From a virus: a stretch of 64,000 nt of DNA. Numbering within the stretch: the first letter of the stretch is position 1; each line of letters opens with the position of its first letter. The notes under the pieces were generated by a model. That model was given only the letters and a program-made list of their open reading frames with translations, searched no databases and was not told where the DNA came from. Shown here in pieces: positions 1 to 8,944 of this stretch. Location of the stretch: the IMG/VR virus record IMGVR_UViG_3300035691_000003, positions 10,841 to 74,840 of that record; one strand, given 5' to 3'. Both the position numbers and the translations under genes were made by a program.

Positions 1-1
1 C

Positions 2-220
2 TTCAACTCCGATGCCGCCATCGCACCTATCGCCGCCGCTGCCTGGGACAAGGTACGCGGCAAGGACGACGCAACCTTTAAGTCGGCAGTAGGAGATTTC
101 CAGCTTACCCTGCTCAACCACTGCCGGAGCGCGTTGAGGACCGGCGCACTGAAGGGCGGCACCGCTTTGGCTCGTTTTGAACAGGAAGTGGTCCAGCTTC
201 AGGACCGCGCCAGGAAGTAA
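2..220 (+). CDS. 3' end of hypothetical protein (partial)
   Basis: Open frame from window edge FNSDAAIAPI...QDRARK-TAA, followed by AGGAGA RBS of next gene. Confidence 0.6.
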   Translation, partial: FNSDAAIAPIAAAAWDKVRGKDDATFKSAVGDFQLTLLNHCRSALRTGALKGGTALARFEQEVVQLQDRARK

Positions 221-232
221 AGGAGAATCGCT

Positions 233-589
233 ATGGCCCAACTAGCCGGACTGCACTTTGACGCCCAGCAACTCTCGGAACAGCAAATCGGCGGTGCCTG
301 CAAGGGCGCACTGGCCGCTTACGCTGCTCCGCCATTTCTAACCGATGTCTCCATCGCCGCCGCGAACACAAATGCGGGATTGCAGGCTGCGGTCACTGCC
401 GCTGCCGCCACTCGGCACGCCGACGAGCGCCCGATGGCCCCGCGTATCAATCTCGGCATCACGCTGGGTTTATATTCGACGGAGTTAAGCGACTCGCGCA
501 TCAATGCGCTAACTACCGGCGCAGGGCTGGTGGGTTTAACCTACGCCGACCCGCTGGTGGTGGCGGGTAGCGCGTACCCGCCGGAATAA
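233..589 (+). CDS. hypothetical protein (possibly virion-associated)
   Basis: AGGAGA RBS, 118 aa, co-oriented with structural genes. Confidence 0.7.
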   Translation: MAQLAGLHFDAQQLSEQQIGGACKGALAAYAAPPFLTDVSIAAANTNAGLQAAVTAAAATRHADERPMAPRINLGITLGLYSTELSDSRINALTTGAGLVGLTYADPLVVAGSAYPPE

Positions 590-705
590 TATCAATCCGG
601 GTGGTTCGTTTTCGCCGACGACGCAAGCCGCTTGGGGGCAGGTGGGCCACTCGTTGCTTAGCCTGATGCCACTGTTTGCTCTAGCAAGTGTGAACGATAA
701 TTGAC

Positions 706-857
706 ATTGAACGGTTTAGGGGCCGCGATTCGTGCCCCGAGTTACTTTGAGTATGCCGATCTAACATAGAGTTTAGGAAACTCGTAAGGCCACTGGACTA
801 CGAATCCGATCTGTGGCAGGTAGGTGCCCAAGAACCCTATCACCAGAGCCGTTCAAT
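706..857 (+). ncRNA. candidate structured RNA, about 150 nt, multibranch
   Basis: 12-bp closing stem ATTGAACGGTTT/GAGCCGTTCAAT (G:U valid on +), inner TAGGG/CCCTA, hairpins GGGGC..GCCCC, GAGTTT-AGG-AAACTC and GCCAC..GTGGC; intergenic. Confidence 0.55.
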
Positions 858-867
858 TTAACTGATC

Positions 868-1245
868 ATGTGGATCACCCGTCGTGAACTGGCCCGATTG
901 GAGCGTGAGCTTAAAGCCGCGCGCCAGCGAGCTGACGACGCCGAACGACGGCTGGCCTCGGAACGCGCGTCAAAAGACTGGGTCATCCTGCAACTAACCA
1001 GCCGGTTCGTCACCAAACAGGGGCTGTACGGGTTGGACCACGAGCCACCAACCTCACCACCACCTGACCCACGTGGTTTTACCCGCCAGCCGACCGCTGA
1101 GGATGAGGCCAAGCGCGACTACTACATCAAGTGCTATCGCGAGGCGGGACGAAGCGAGGAGGACGCGGTAGCGCTCTGGGAGGCGGAGATGCGCAACGAG
1201 CCGGTGGTTTATCCTTACGAACAGGAGTCGCAGTCCGAGCAATGA
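868..1245 (+). CDS. hypothetical coiled-coil protein upstream of portal
   Basis: 125 aa ORF ending 3 nt before portal start. Confidence 0.7.
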   Translation: MWITRRELARLERELKAARQRADDAERRLASERASKDWVILQLTSRFVTKQGLYGLDHEPPTSPPPDPRGFTRQPTAEDEAKRDYYIKCYREAGRSEEDAVALWEAEMRNEPVVYPYEQESQSEQ

Positions 1246-1248
1246 TGA

Positions 1249-3870
1249 ATGGCCGCTAACCTAGTCCCATCCCCTGCTCAGCAGCCACCGACGCAAAACC
1301 GCGCGCCGCTCAAACCCCTCGTCGAACTCAAGCGTGGGGGTAAGAAACCGGCCTCTTACATCGCCAAGGCCATCAAGGAGCGCTTCGACCACTTCCATCG
1401 CAAAGACCGCGAAGTCTTCCGTGAAATCATCAACGTCGGCTGGCTGGTCAATCTCTTCGTCAACGGCCAGCAGTTCCCGGTACGCAACCCTGTCACCGGC
1501 TCTTGGGGTGCTCTCCCGCTCACCGGCAACGCCAACTCCGACCAGCGCGCACTCAACATCATGCGCAATGTCGTCACCAACCTGCTGGGCAAGTGGGAAA
1601 ACTCCAGCCCCGACATCATCATCCGCCCCGGTCGCAACCTCGATACCTGCGTCTCCGCTGCCAAGGCCGCCGATACCATTAACAACTTCTACGAGCGCCA
1701 GTTTTACAACCACTGGTTCACACAACAAGAAGGGTTGATGGGGATGACTTTCGGCACCTACGTCGACCGCTACAGGTATGACGAGTCGAAAGTTTCAATG
1801 TCAGTGGTTCAGGACATCTTTGAGACCCGAGACACGCAATTCGGCGGTGGGTTCGGCTACTGTGCTGATTGTGAGCATATAGGCAACGACGCCGAGTTCG
1901 CGGGCGCTCCATCCGGCGACGGCCCTCTCAGCCGTCCCAAATGTCCCCAGTGTCAGTCCACTGCCGTCGAAGTGCTCAACGCTCCCGCTGGTCAACTCAG
2001 CAGCGTCTCCCAACAGCGTCAGAAACAACTCGGCGACCTCGTCTGCGAACTGCTCCCCATGCCCGCGTGCCGTTGGGACTTGTCGAAGCGCCCGGAAGAC
2101 TCCGGCTGGTTCATCTATCGCCAGACGATTCCAAAGGGTGCAATCACCCGCGTGCTGGGCAATGTCCTCCTTCCCGAAGGCAACACTGACACCGACTACG
2201 GACTGGAAACCCTGCGCGCCCTCGGCCACCAGGGCAGCGCCATGACCGGATTCTCGGCCTACGGCACCCAGCGCAGCCGTCGTGATGATGAGATACGCGA
2301 TTCAGCTACCTTCGATGAGATGTGGTTGTCGCCCGATGACTATGCCGACATTACACTGAGAGGCGACGAGGAAGCAGTCGAAGGACCGCCACTACCCAAG
2401 GGCAAGTTGACCGATGTCTTCCCCGATGGACTCTGCGCTGTGGGCCTGAACGGCATGTCGGTCGTCCTTGCTCTCTATCCCGAGCGACACCAGAAGCACA
2501 TCGTCTCCGGCACGTGGTTCATGCAAGCTGCCACCGGTGCAGGCCGGGGTCTCGCCGACTCAGTGGAGGTACAGAAACAGTTCAATACCGGCAACAACCA
2601 AGCCGCCTCCTACATGACCTCCACCTACTCTCCGGCGATTGGCTACGACAACCAGCTCATCTCCGGCAACAAGATGAAGTACATTGGCACGCCGCGCACC
2701 AACATCCCCTTCGACCTCACTAAGCTTCCCGAAGGCCGTTCGATGAAGGATGCTATTTTCCAGTTCGCCCCCACCGCCATGCCGAACCAGTTCTTCAACT
2801 ACTTTCAGGACTTTCTCGGCTTTCTCATCAAGAAGACGAGCGGAGCGAGCGACTACGACCAGGGCGACCCCGGCATCGCGCCCGGCAATCCCACTGCCAC
2901 CGCAGCGGAAATCGACCAAGGCAACGCCGACGCCTTCAACGAACCAATCTTTCTCATCAAAGGCGACTGCCGCAAACGCGGCGCGGAACTGACCATCGAG
3001 CTCTTCCGCCGGCACTTCCCCATGAAGCGCTACTTCGACCTCGGCGGCAAGTACGGTGAACAGCAGGGCATTGAACTCTCCGCCGCCGACCTGCAAGCTG
3101 ACCTTGCCTACGAGCTAGACAAGGGCAGCGTGATGCCGAAGGGGCCGTACACGCGGCGTAAGAATCTAATGGCCTTCTATAATGTCGTCGGAGGCATGGA
3201 AGGGGTGGTGATGGGCGAGCAGGCCAACCCCCGGCTGCTGAACAACACGGCGCAAGAGTTCGACGTAGACCTTGAAATCAACGACTACGACGCCGTCGCT
3301 GAACTCTGCCGCCGACGGCTGGAGCAGATGAAGCAGGCGCTGAAGGTCGGCGTCACCGACCCGCAACTGCTCGTTACTGAAGCTATCCAGCCGCCTATCA
3401 GTGCCAAGGAACTCGACCTCGCGGCGAAGGGCAGGTGGTTTGCGGCGTGGCTCTCGACCGACGAGGGGCTGAACTCCCCGGCTCCGCTGCGCGCGGCTGC
3501 TGAACTGCTCGTCGATGGACAAATCGGTGGTCAGACGCAGCAGGACGCGGAGACGGCGTTACAGCAGGGTGTGGTAGCGGCGGCGTCACAGGCTCCGGCA
3601 GCCCTCGGTGGCGCGGCGCTGGAACAGTCAGCCCAGCAGCCAGAGTCGCAGGAACCGGACGCCACCGCCAAGATGCAGTTTGAGCAGGAGTTGACGCAGC
3701 AGCAGCACGAAGCGCAGGAGTCCGCCGCTGATCGGCAACACGAATTGGCAGTGATTGATGCCGAGGGTAAGCGCGACAAGGACGTTTCAACCCACGATGC
3801 GCAGCAGAAGATTAAGATTGAGCGGGCTAAGCCGAGGCCGAAACCAGCGACAGGAGCGAAGAGGAAATGA
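1249..3870 (+). CDS. portal protein with Zn-ribbon-like insertion
   Basis: 873 aa; position before scaffold/capsid; P22-like portal features (GRGLADSVEVQKQFN, TATAAEI, Gln-rich C-terminal barrel); CxxC...CPQC insertion. Confidence 0.8.
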   Translation: MAANLVPSPAQQPPTQNRAPLKPLVELKRGGKKPASYIAKAIKERFDHFHRKDREVFREIINVGWLVNLFVNGQQFPVRNPVTGSWGALPLTGNANSDQRALNIMRNVVTNLLGKWENSSPDIIIRPGRNLDTCVSAAKAADTINNFYERQFYNHWFTQQEGLMGMTFGTYVDRYRYDESKVSMSVVQDIFETRDTQFGGGFGYCADCEHIGNDAEFAGAPSGDGPLSRPKCPQCQSTAVEVLNAPAGQLSSVSQQRQKQLGDLVCELLPMPACRWDLSKRPEDSGWFIYRQTIPKGAITRVLGNVLLPEGNTDTDYGLETLRALGHQGSAMTGFSAYGTQRSRRDDEIRDSATFDEMWLSPDDYADITLRGDEEAVEGPPLPKGKLTDVFPDGLCAVGLNGMSVVLALYPERHQKHIVSGTWFMQAATGAGRGLADSVEVQKQFNTGNNQAASYMTSTYSPAIGYDNQLISGNKMKYIGTPRTNIPFDLTKLPEGRSMKDAIFQFAPTAMPNQFFNYFQDFLGFLIKKTSGASDYDQGDPGIAPGNPTATAAEIDQGNADAFNEPIFLIKGDCRKRGAELTIELFRRHFPMKRYFDLGGKYGEQQGIELSAADLQADLAYELDKGSVMPKGPYTRRKNLMAFYNVVGGMEGVVMGEQANPRLLNNTAQEFDVDLEINDYDAVAELCRRRLEQMKQALKVGVTDPQLLVTEAIQPPISAKELDLAAKGRWFAAWLSTDEGLNSPAPLRAAAELLVDGQIGGQTQQDAETALQQGVVAAASQAPAALGGAALEQSAQQPESQEPDATAKMQFEQELTQQQHEAQESAADRQHELAVIDAEGKRDKDVSTHDAQQKIKIERAKPRPKPATGAKRK

Positions 3871-4085
3871 CCCCCACGGAAGCGATGAATAAATTGCACC
3901 TTCAGGCGTCTGGCTGGCCTGTAGAGCAGATTAAAGTTGTCAAACCATCACAACAATCTGCTATCATCCCCAGTCGTCGCGACGTTTTGCTTAAGCGCAT
4001 CAACGACATGGAGACTGAGATTGGTCGCTTGGGTAAGTTGCTTGCAGAAGTAAGAGCAGATGTTCTGCACCTGACAGTAAAGTAA
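3867..4085 (+). CDS. hypothetical protein
   Basis: ATGA overlap with portal stop. Confidence 0.55.
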   Translation: MTPTEAMNKLHLQASGWPVEQIKVVKPSQQSAIIPSRRDVLLKRINDMETEIGRLGKLLAEVRADVLHLTVK

Positions 4086-4090
4086 ACACG

Positions 4091-4234
4091 ATGGCTAGAA
4101 TTCCGGCAGTGGAACGTGGCTTAGTACCGCAAACTAACCACTGTCCAGCCTGCGGGGAAGCCTACGTCGTCCAGGGCGGCCATCAATGCCTTTCGTTTTG
4201 GCGACGACTGTACAGGTGGTTCACAACCGAATAG
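4091..4234 (+). CDS. small Zn-finger-like protein (47 aa, not in ORF track)
   Basis: MARIPAVERGLVPQTNHCPACGEAYVVQGGHQCLSFWRRLYRWFTTE; CxxC...HxC. Confidence 0.45.
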   Translation: MARIPAVERGLVPQTNHCPACGEAYVVQGGHQCLSFWRRLYRWFTTE

Positions 4235-4258
4235 GCAACCGACGCCCCGCGCGTACTT

Positions 4259-4321
4259 GCCACTGATTGAGTTGATGCCGTCCTTGACTGGAACCATCAA
4301 CTGAGTCAGTGGCTTTTCTAC
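4259..4321 (+). terminator. long hairpin with T-tract upstream of scaffold gene (terminator/attenuator or processing site)
   Basis: GCCACTGATT-g-AGTTGATG / CATCAACT-g-AGTCAGTGGC followed by TTTTCT. Confidence 0.55.
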
Positions 4322-4342
4322 TTTAGGCCACCGGCGACCACT

Positions 4343-5806
4343 ATGGAAACCGAACTCCAAGACGTAGCTTCTACTCCTGAAGCAGCCTCAACCGAGGTAG
4401 TGGATTCGTCTACCACTGTGATGGAGACATCTGGTGAATCGCAAGGCAGCGTTACAGCCACAGATGCAGCGCAACAAAGCACGCAGGCCGCACAAACCAC
4501 GACGGAGACCGACCCCTTGGAAGGTGTTCCGTCGGAGGACGAGCTAAGCAAACTCGTCGAGCAGAAGGTGCCCTACTCGGAAGCGCTGGCGCGATTGCGT
4601 CCGGCTTACGAAGGGCTAAAAACTAAGCTCGCCGAGTACGAACCACTGGAGCCGTGGAAAGCGGTGGCGCAAGCCGTCCCTGACCCGGCCCTGGCCCAGT
4701 CGTCCTACGAACTCGTCAACGCTCTCTACACGCCATCTACAGAAAATCCCAGCGGGTTTGACCCGCGACCGTTTCTGGAGCAGGTAGAGAAGGACAGTCC
4801 TGGCACTGTCGATCAACTGTTCGCCACCATCTGCTCGTTCCCGGTCAACGTGGACGGACAGGTGACGACGGTTGTCAGGGAGCTTTACAAGGCCCACGGG
4901 CTGAACCCTGACCGCATTGACGACTATCGCAACATCGACAACCTGCGCGCTTCGGGGATCGTCACCGAAGCCGATCTCGCCAAAATTCCCGAGAAGTACC
5001 ACGAGGCGTTCAAGGCACTGCCCGAGGACGCCCGCACCGACATTCTCGCCCTGAAGGAATCCAACCCGGCGCTGGCCGACCAGTACCTACGAAACGCCGA
5101 ACGCTCAATGGCCTCGGAGAAATTCGAGTCCCAGCAGCGTGAACGTGAGCAGCAGGAACAACAGCGGCAGGAGCAACAGTTGGCCCAGCAGGTTGAGAAC
5201 GCAGTCACCCAGGGAGTCTACGGCAAGATCGAAACCTGGTCCGGTTCCATTCACCAAAGTCTCTCGTCGCAGTGGAAGCCTTCCACGGACGAAGCGATCA
5301 ACGATCTGGAATACAGCAAGGTACTGGGGACGCTGGCGGCGCTGCAAAGCCCCGCTCCGGCCTACCGGGCCATTGCTGAGAAGGCGCTGTCTAAAGTCGG
5401 TGCATCAATCGACGGCTTCGACGACCTCGTTAATCAGTGGCAGGCAGCGTACTCCGCCGCCGTGACCTACGAGCAACTAGGTCAAAAAGACAGTATGCCA
5501 GCCCGGCGCGCGGCGGCTCAGGCGACTCAGGCCGAACAACGGCTCCTGATTAAACTGAACGACTACGCGCTGAAACTGGCCCAGCCAACCTCTTCCAGAA
5601 TCGCGGACGCTTCCACCCAACAGGCTTCTCAACTGGCGGCGGCATCGTCGCGGTTTGTCCCGGCAGGTAACGGCACCACGCAGCAGGGGTTCGAGAATCC
5701 CTACTCGCAAAACCCACACCCGGTCGGCTCCCCGGACTACTACGCATTCAATCGTAAGATTGACCGCGAGTACAACCTGACAAACGCTTCGGTGTACGGC
5801 ACCTAA
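4343..5806 (+). CDS. putative capsid scaffolding protein
   Basis: Acidic, low-complexity N-terminus, coiled coil, directly upstream of capsid gene. Confidence 0.65.
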   Translation: METELQDVASTPEAASTEVVDSSTTVMETSGESQGSVTATDAAQQSTQAAQTTTETDPLEGVPSEDELSKLVEQKVPYSEALARLRPAYEGLKTKLAEYEPLEPWKAVAQAVPDPALAQSSYELVNALYTPSTENPSGFDPRPFLEQVEKDSPGTVDQLFATICSFPVNVDGQVTTVVRELYKAHGLNPDRIDDYRNIDNLRASGIVTEADLAKIPEKYHEAFKALPEDARTDILALKESNPALADQYLRNAERSMASEKFESQQREREQQEQQRQEQQLAQQVENAVTQGVYGKIETWSGSIHQSLSSQWKPSTDEAINDLEYSKVLGTLAALQSPAPAYRAIAEKALSKVGASIDGFDDLVNQWQAAYSAAVTYEQLGQKDSMPARRAAAQATQAEQRLLIKLNDYALKLAQPTSSRIADASTQQASQLAAASSRFVPAGNGTTQQGFENPYSQNPHPVGSPDYYAFNRKIDREYNLTNASVYGT

Positions 5807-5819
5807 AAGGAGAAAGCGA

Positions 5820-7097
5820 ATGCCAGCCGTACAATTCAGTCAAATCACTGACCTGAAACGACAGGCGGTGGAGAAGGACGTGCGCCAGTTCTACGAGAAC
5901 AACGACCCCGGTATGCGCGCGTTTGGTAAGGCGGTGGATAAGCCCAAGCTCACCGAGAAGGGCTATCGCCTGCCGGATTACGCTCGCCGTCCCACGGGTA
6001 TGACCTGGTTCACGCCCGACAACAGCGACTTCAACCAGGCCAACGGTCCCCAGACAGTCAGCATGTGGGTCTATCCGACCATGTCTGCGTGGCCGATGAT
6101 CTGGGCCGGTTCCACCATCGAGTCAATGGAAAACGACACCGAGGACAATGTCCAGTCCTACGATCAGGTGATGGTCCAATACACCGACGTGTTCCGCAAG
6201 CGCATGAACCAGTACTTCTACAGCACTGGCAACGGCGCAGTGGCTTACTCGGCGTCAAATATCACCGCCCTCGGCTCCCAGACCCTCGCTGGCACCACCA
6301 CCGCCGCCACCACTCCCGGCCAGACCAAGGGAACAATGTGGCTGTGGGAGGCGGAGACCTATCAAGCCATCAACGCCTCCACCGGCGCGGTGCGGGGCAC
6401 GTTCACTGTCACCACCGCAGGCACAACTTCCTGCACTATCAACGTCCTGAGCGGCACCATCTCGTCAGGCGACCCAATCGTCATCCAGGGCAGCTACCAA
6501 CTTGCCATGCGCGGGCTTTACTGGCTCATCAGCGACCAGAACCGTGTATTGCAGGGGCTGGATACGAGCGTGTATCCCGACCTCAACGTGCCCACTGTCG
6601 ATCTCGCCGGTGCGCTGCTAACCCCAGCCGCCATCGAGAATGGCAAAGCGCTGTTGCAAACCCGCAACAACCAGGTCGAGGCTAAGAACAACCTGACGGC
6701 CTTCATCACTCCGGGCCAGTACTCCACGATCCGCAAGCAGGGCTACAACCTTGGCTACTACCTTCGTGAAGACGCCGGTTCGGACACCATGAAGGGCGTG
6801 CAGGGTGACTACACCGATGGCGACACCCGTTTCATTCTCGACGCCGACAACGACGAGGACCGTGTGCCACTGACCAAAACGTCCGACTACAAGATCTACG
6901 AGATGAAGCCGTTTGGTCCGTATAAGCGCGACGGTCTTGACATGCGTATGCTGCTGGGTGCGAATCAGACTGGTTCGGACAACTGGCAGAAGGCGGTAGG
7001 CTGGAAGGGCAACCCGGCGACACTCAGTGGCCGTGGTTCGGCGCTCATCAAACGGGCGCAGTTGGCCTACGCAACCCAAGTCACGGCAGGGCTATAA
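5820..7097 (+). CDS. major capsid protein
   Basis: 425 aa, strong AAAAGGAG RBS, follows scaffold, strongly biased codons, Thr-rich insertion domain. Confidence 0.75.
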   Translation: MPAVQFSQITDLKRQAVEKDVRQFYENNDPGMRAFGKAVDKPKLTEKGYRLPDYARRPTGMTWFTPDNSDFNQANGPQTVSMWVYPTMSAWPMIWAGSTIESMENDTEDNVQSYDQVMVQYTDVFRKRMNQYFYSTGNGAVAYSASNITALGSQTLAGTTTAATTPGQTKGTMWLWEAETYQAINASTGAVRGTFTVTTAGTTSCTINVLSGTISSGDPIVIQGSYQLAMRGLYWLISDQNRVLQGLDTSVYPDLNVPTVDLAGALLTPAAIENGKALLQTRNNQVEAKNNLTAFITPGQYSTIRKQGYNLGYYLREDAGSDTMKGVQGDYTDGDTRFILDADNDEDRVPLTKTSDYKIYEMKPFGPYKRDGLDMRMLLGANQTGSDNWQKAVGWKGNPATLSGRGSALIKRAQLAYATQVTAGL

Positions 7098-7109
7098 AGG
7101 AGGGCATAA

Positions 7110-7448
7110 ATGAATAACCAGACATCACCTTCCTTTATCTCCGACAACATCAGTTCCACCAACGCGGTGAAGGTTAATCCCACTGCCGCGTATACGGTGG
7201 GGCCAAACGACAACTACATTGTCTGCGGGGGTAACTCGCTGGCAATCACGCTGGATTCAACCAGCAATTCACCTGTCTACATCACGTCCATCGACGGCAC
7301 CACGCAACGTACGGGCTGCACTGTCAAGATAGTTATTCCGGCAGGCACCCAGGACTTTGTGATTGCCGACGGAGGATGTGCAGCCAAGTGCATCCGTCTC
7401 GGCAGCGGGCCGGAATGGATTGTAATTGGAGCCAAGACCGCTTCGTAG
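7110..7448 (+). CDS. putative capsid decoration protein, paralog 1
   Basis: AAGGAGG RBS; YTVGPNDNYIVCG motif shared with 7509..7844. Confidence 0.6.
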   Translation: MNNQTSPSFISDNISSTNAVKVNPTAAYTVGPNDNYIVCGGNSLAITLDSTSNSPVYITSIDGTTQRTGCTVKIVIPAGTQDFVIADGGCAAKCIRLGSGPEWIVIGAKTAS

Positions 7449-7461
7449 TTGAAGCATTGAT

Positions 7462-7496
7462 GGGAAGCGGGTGGGCTTACAACCTGCTCGCTTCTC
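7462..7496 (+). promoter_or_regulatory. intergenic hairpin between paralogs (no U-tract)
   Basis: GGGAAGCGGGTGGG-cttacaa-CCTGCTCGCTTCTC. Confidence 0.45.
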
Positions 7497-7508
7497 GGAG
7501 AACGGTAA

Positions 7509-7844
7509 ATGCCAAATAACATCACCCAGCCCGTTCGTCTCAGCGATGGAGCGGCAAACAAGGCGGCGGGGCAGGTAATCACAGGTGCGACCTACACGGT
7601 TGGCCCGAACGACAACTTTATCATCTGCGGTGAAGATAACACGGTGGTCACGCTGGACGCCGACAGTAACTCTCCGGTTTATGTCAGCACCATCGAGGGA
7701 ACGACTGCCCACACAGGCTGCACGGTCACGGACGGTGTCGTGGCCTTTACGGTTGCTGATTCAGGCTGTGCCGTTGAGTGCGTTCGCTTTGGCCCGACAC
7801 AGGAATGGGTCGTCGTAGGCGCAAAAACAGCCGCCGCCGTATAG
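7509..7844 (+). CDS. putative capsid decoration protein, paralog 2
   Basis: Clear duplicate of 7110..7448 (YTVGPNDNF, SNSPVY, EW..VGAKTA). Confidence 0.6.
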   Translation: MPNNITQPVRLSDGAANKAAGQVITGATYTVGPNDNFIICGEDNTVVTLDADSNSPVYVSTIEGTTAHTGCTVTDGVVAFTVADSGCAVECVRFGPTQEWVVVGAKTAAAV

Positions 7845-7857
7845 GTATCGAAGCAAA

Positions 7858-8796
7858 GTGACCGATTCACCGTATAACGACCAGAAACGATGGGCTGAGG
7901 CTGGCATCTTCAAGGCTCCGCTGTTTGACGCTCCGTCTTTCCAGCGGCAGATCGACAGGATTGTCGGCCTCAGCCCGTCAGGTCAACCTATCGTCCGTCT
8001 GCTCTGGGCTTGGGACGCGCGTCGCTGGGAGAACGTCGCCTGGGACCAGTGGGGTAATGCCACGGCAGGCGAGTGGCGGCAGAAATACCGCGCCCTGACC
8101 ATCGACATCGGCAACGACGACTACGTGGACATTGCACCGCCGAGGTGGGTGCTGGAGGAGCGGTACGAACCGCAGGCCGTGGCCGAGTCATGGGAACTGA
8201 CCCGCTACCGGTTGAAGATAGTCGAGCCAGTCCCTATCGCCTGCCGCTACTGCAAGTCACCGGGGCGCTTCTATAGTATCGACGAGCTAATCTCAATCTT
8301 CGCCCGCTGGGACATCAGTCAGGTTCATGACGGCAAGGTATTCGTCCACTGGGTTGATACCGACCGCTCCGAAGGCCATCTGCTCGCCTGTCGCTTCTGC
8401 AACAATGACACCGAACTTCGCACCGTGCGGCAGGATGTTTGGGGCGAGGTGCCGCGTGATGGGTGGTACAACCTGTTACCACACATCGGCATCATCGCCG
8501 AGCACTCCCACGGGTGCTGCAAGCGCGCGGCGGAGGAGTTTGGCGAGGTCTGCTACGGCACGTACAAGGAGCCTGATGGACGGGAGCTGAAGCGGCTGAA
8601 GAAGGCCATTAGCAAGCGCAACCAGGAAGCAGCCACCAACCCGCACATCCGCCCCGAGCTGGACGCCGTCGCATTGGAACAAGCCAAGCGCTGGGGCTTG
8701 CAGATGATGGCCGACCGGGAAGTGAAGAAGCGGGGAGAACTGGCGGAGATTCGCCGGGCGCATCGGCCCAATAACAATGTTGTTTATTCAATTTGA
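7858..8796 (+). CDS. hypothetical protein with CxxC motifs
   Basis: 312 aa ORF in structural operon. Confidence 0.7.
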   Translation: MTDSPYNDQKRWAEAGIFKAPLFDAPSFQRQIDRIVGLSPSGQPIVRLLWAWDARRWENVAWDQWGNATAGEWRQKYRALTIDIGNDDYVDIAPPRWVLEERYEPQAVAESWELTRYRLKIVEPVPIACRYCKSPGRFYSIDELISIFARWDISQVHDGKVFVHWVDTDRSEGHLLACRFCNNDTELRTVRQDVWGEVPRDGWYNLLPHIGIIAEHSHGCCKRAAEEFGEVCYGTYKEPDGRELKRLKKAISKRNQEAATNPHIRPELDAVALEQAKRWGLQMMADREVKKRGELAEIRRAHRPNNNVVYSI

Positions 8797-8806
8797 AGGA
8801 GGCGCG

Positions 8807-8944
8807 ATGACCACGAGTGAGCTTGAGCGAATAGAGTCTTGGGGCTGGGCGGTTATCCGCTTCCCTGATGGGCACTTTGAAGCCAAGATGGGTAATGCTT
8901 GGATAAGTGGCCTGATAGAAACTGAAAACGAGGAATCAAAATGA
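8807..8944 (+). CDS. small hypothetical protein (45 aa, not in track)
   Basis: GAAGGAGG RBS, MTTSELERIESWGW..., ATGA overlap with next gene. Confidence 0.55.
   Translation: MTTSELERIESWGWAVIRFPDGHFEAKMGNAWISGLIETENEESK

Noticed and set aside
651-700. Hammerhead ribozyme (CTGATG... hairpin ...GAA)
   Set aside because: The core reads CTGATGC and GAAC rather than CTGATGA and GAAA, and flanking stems are not evident
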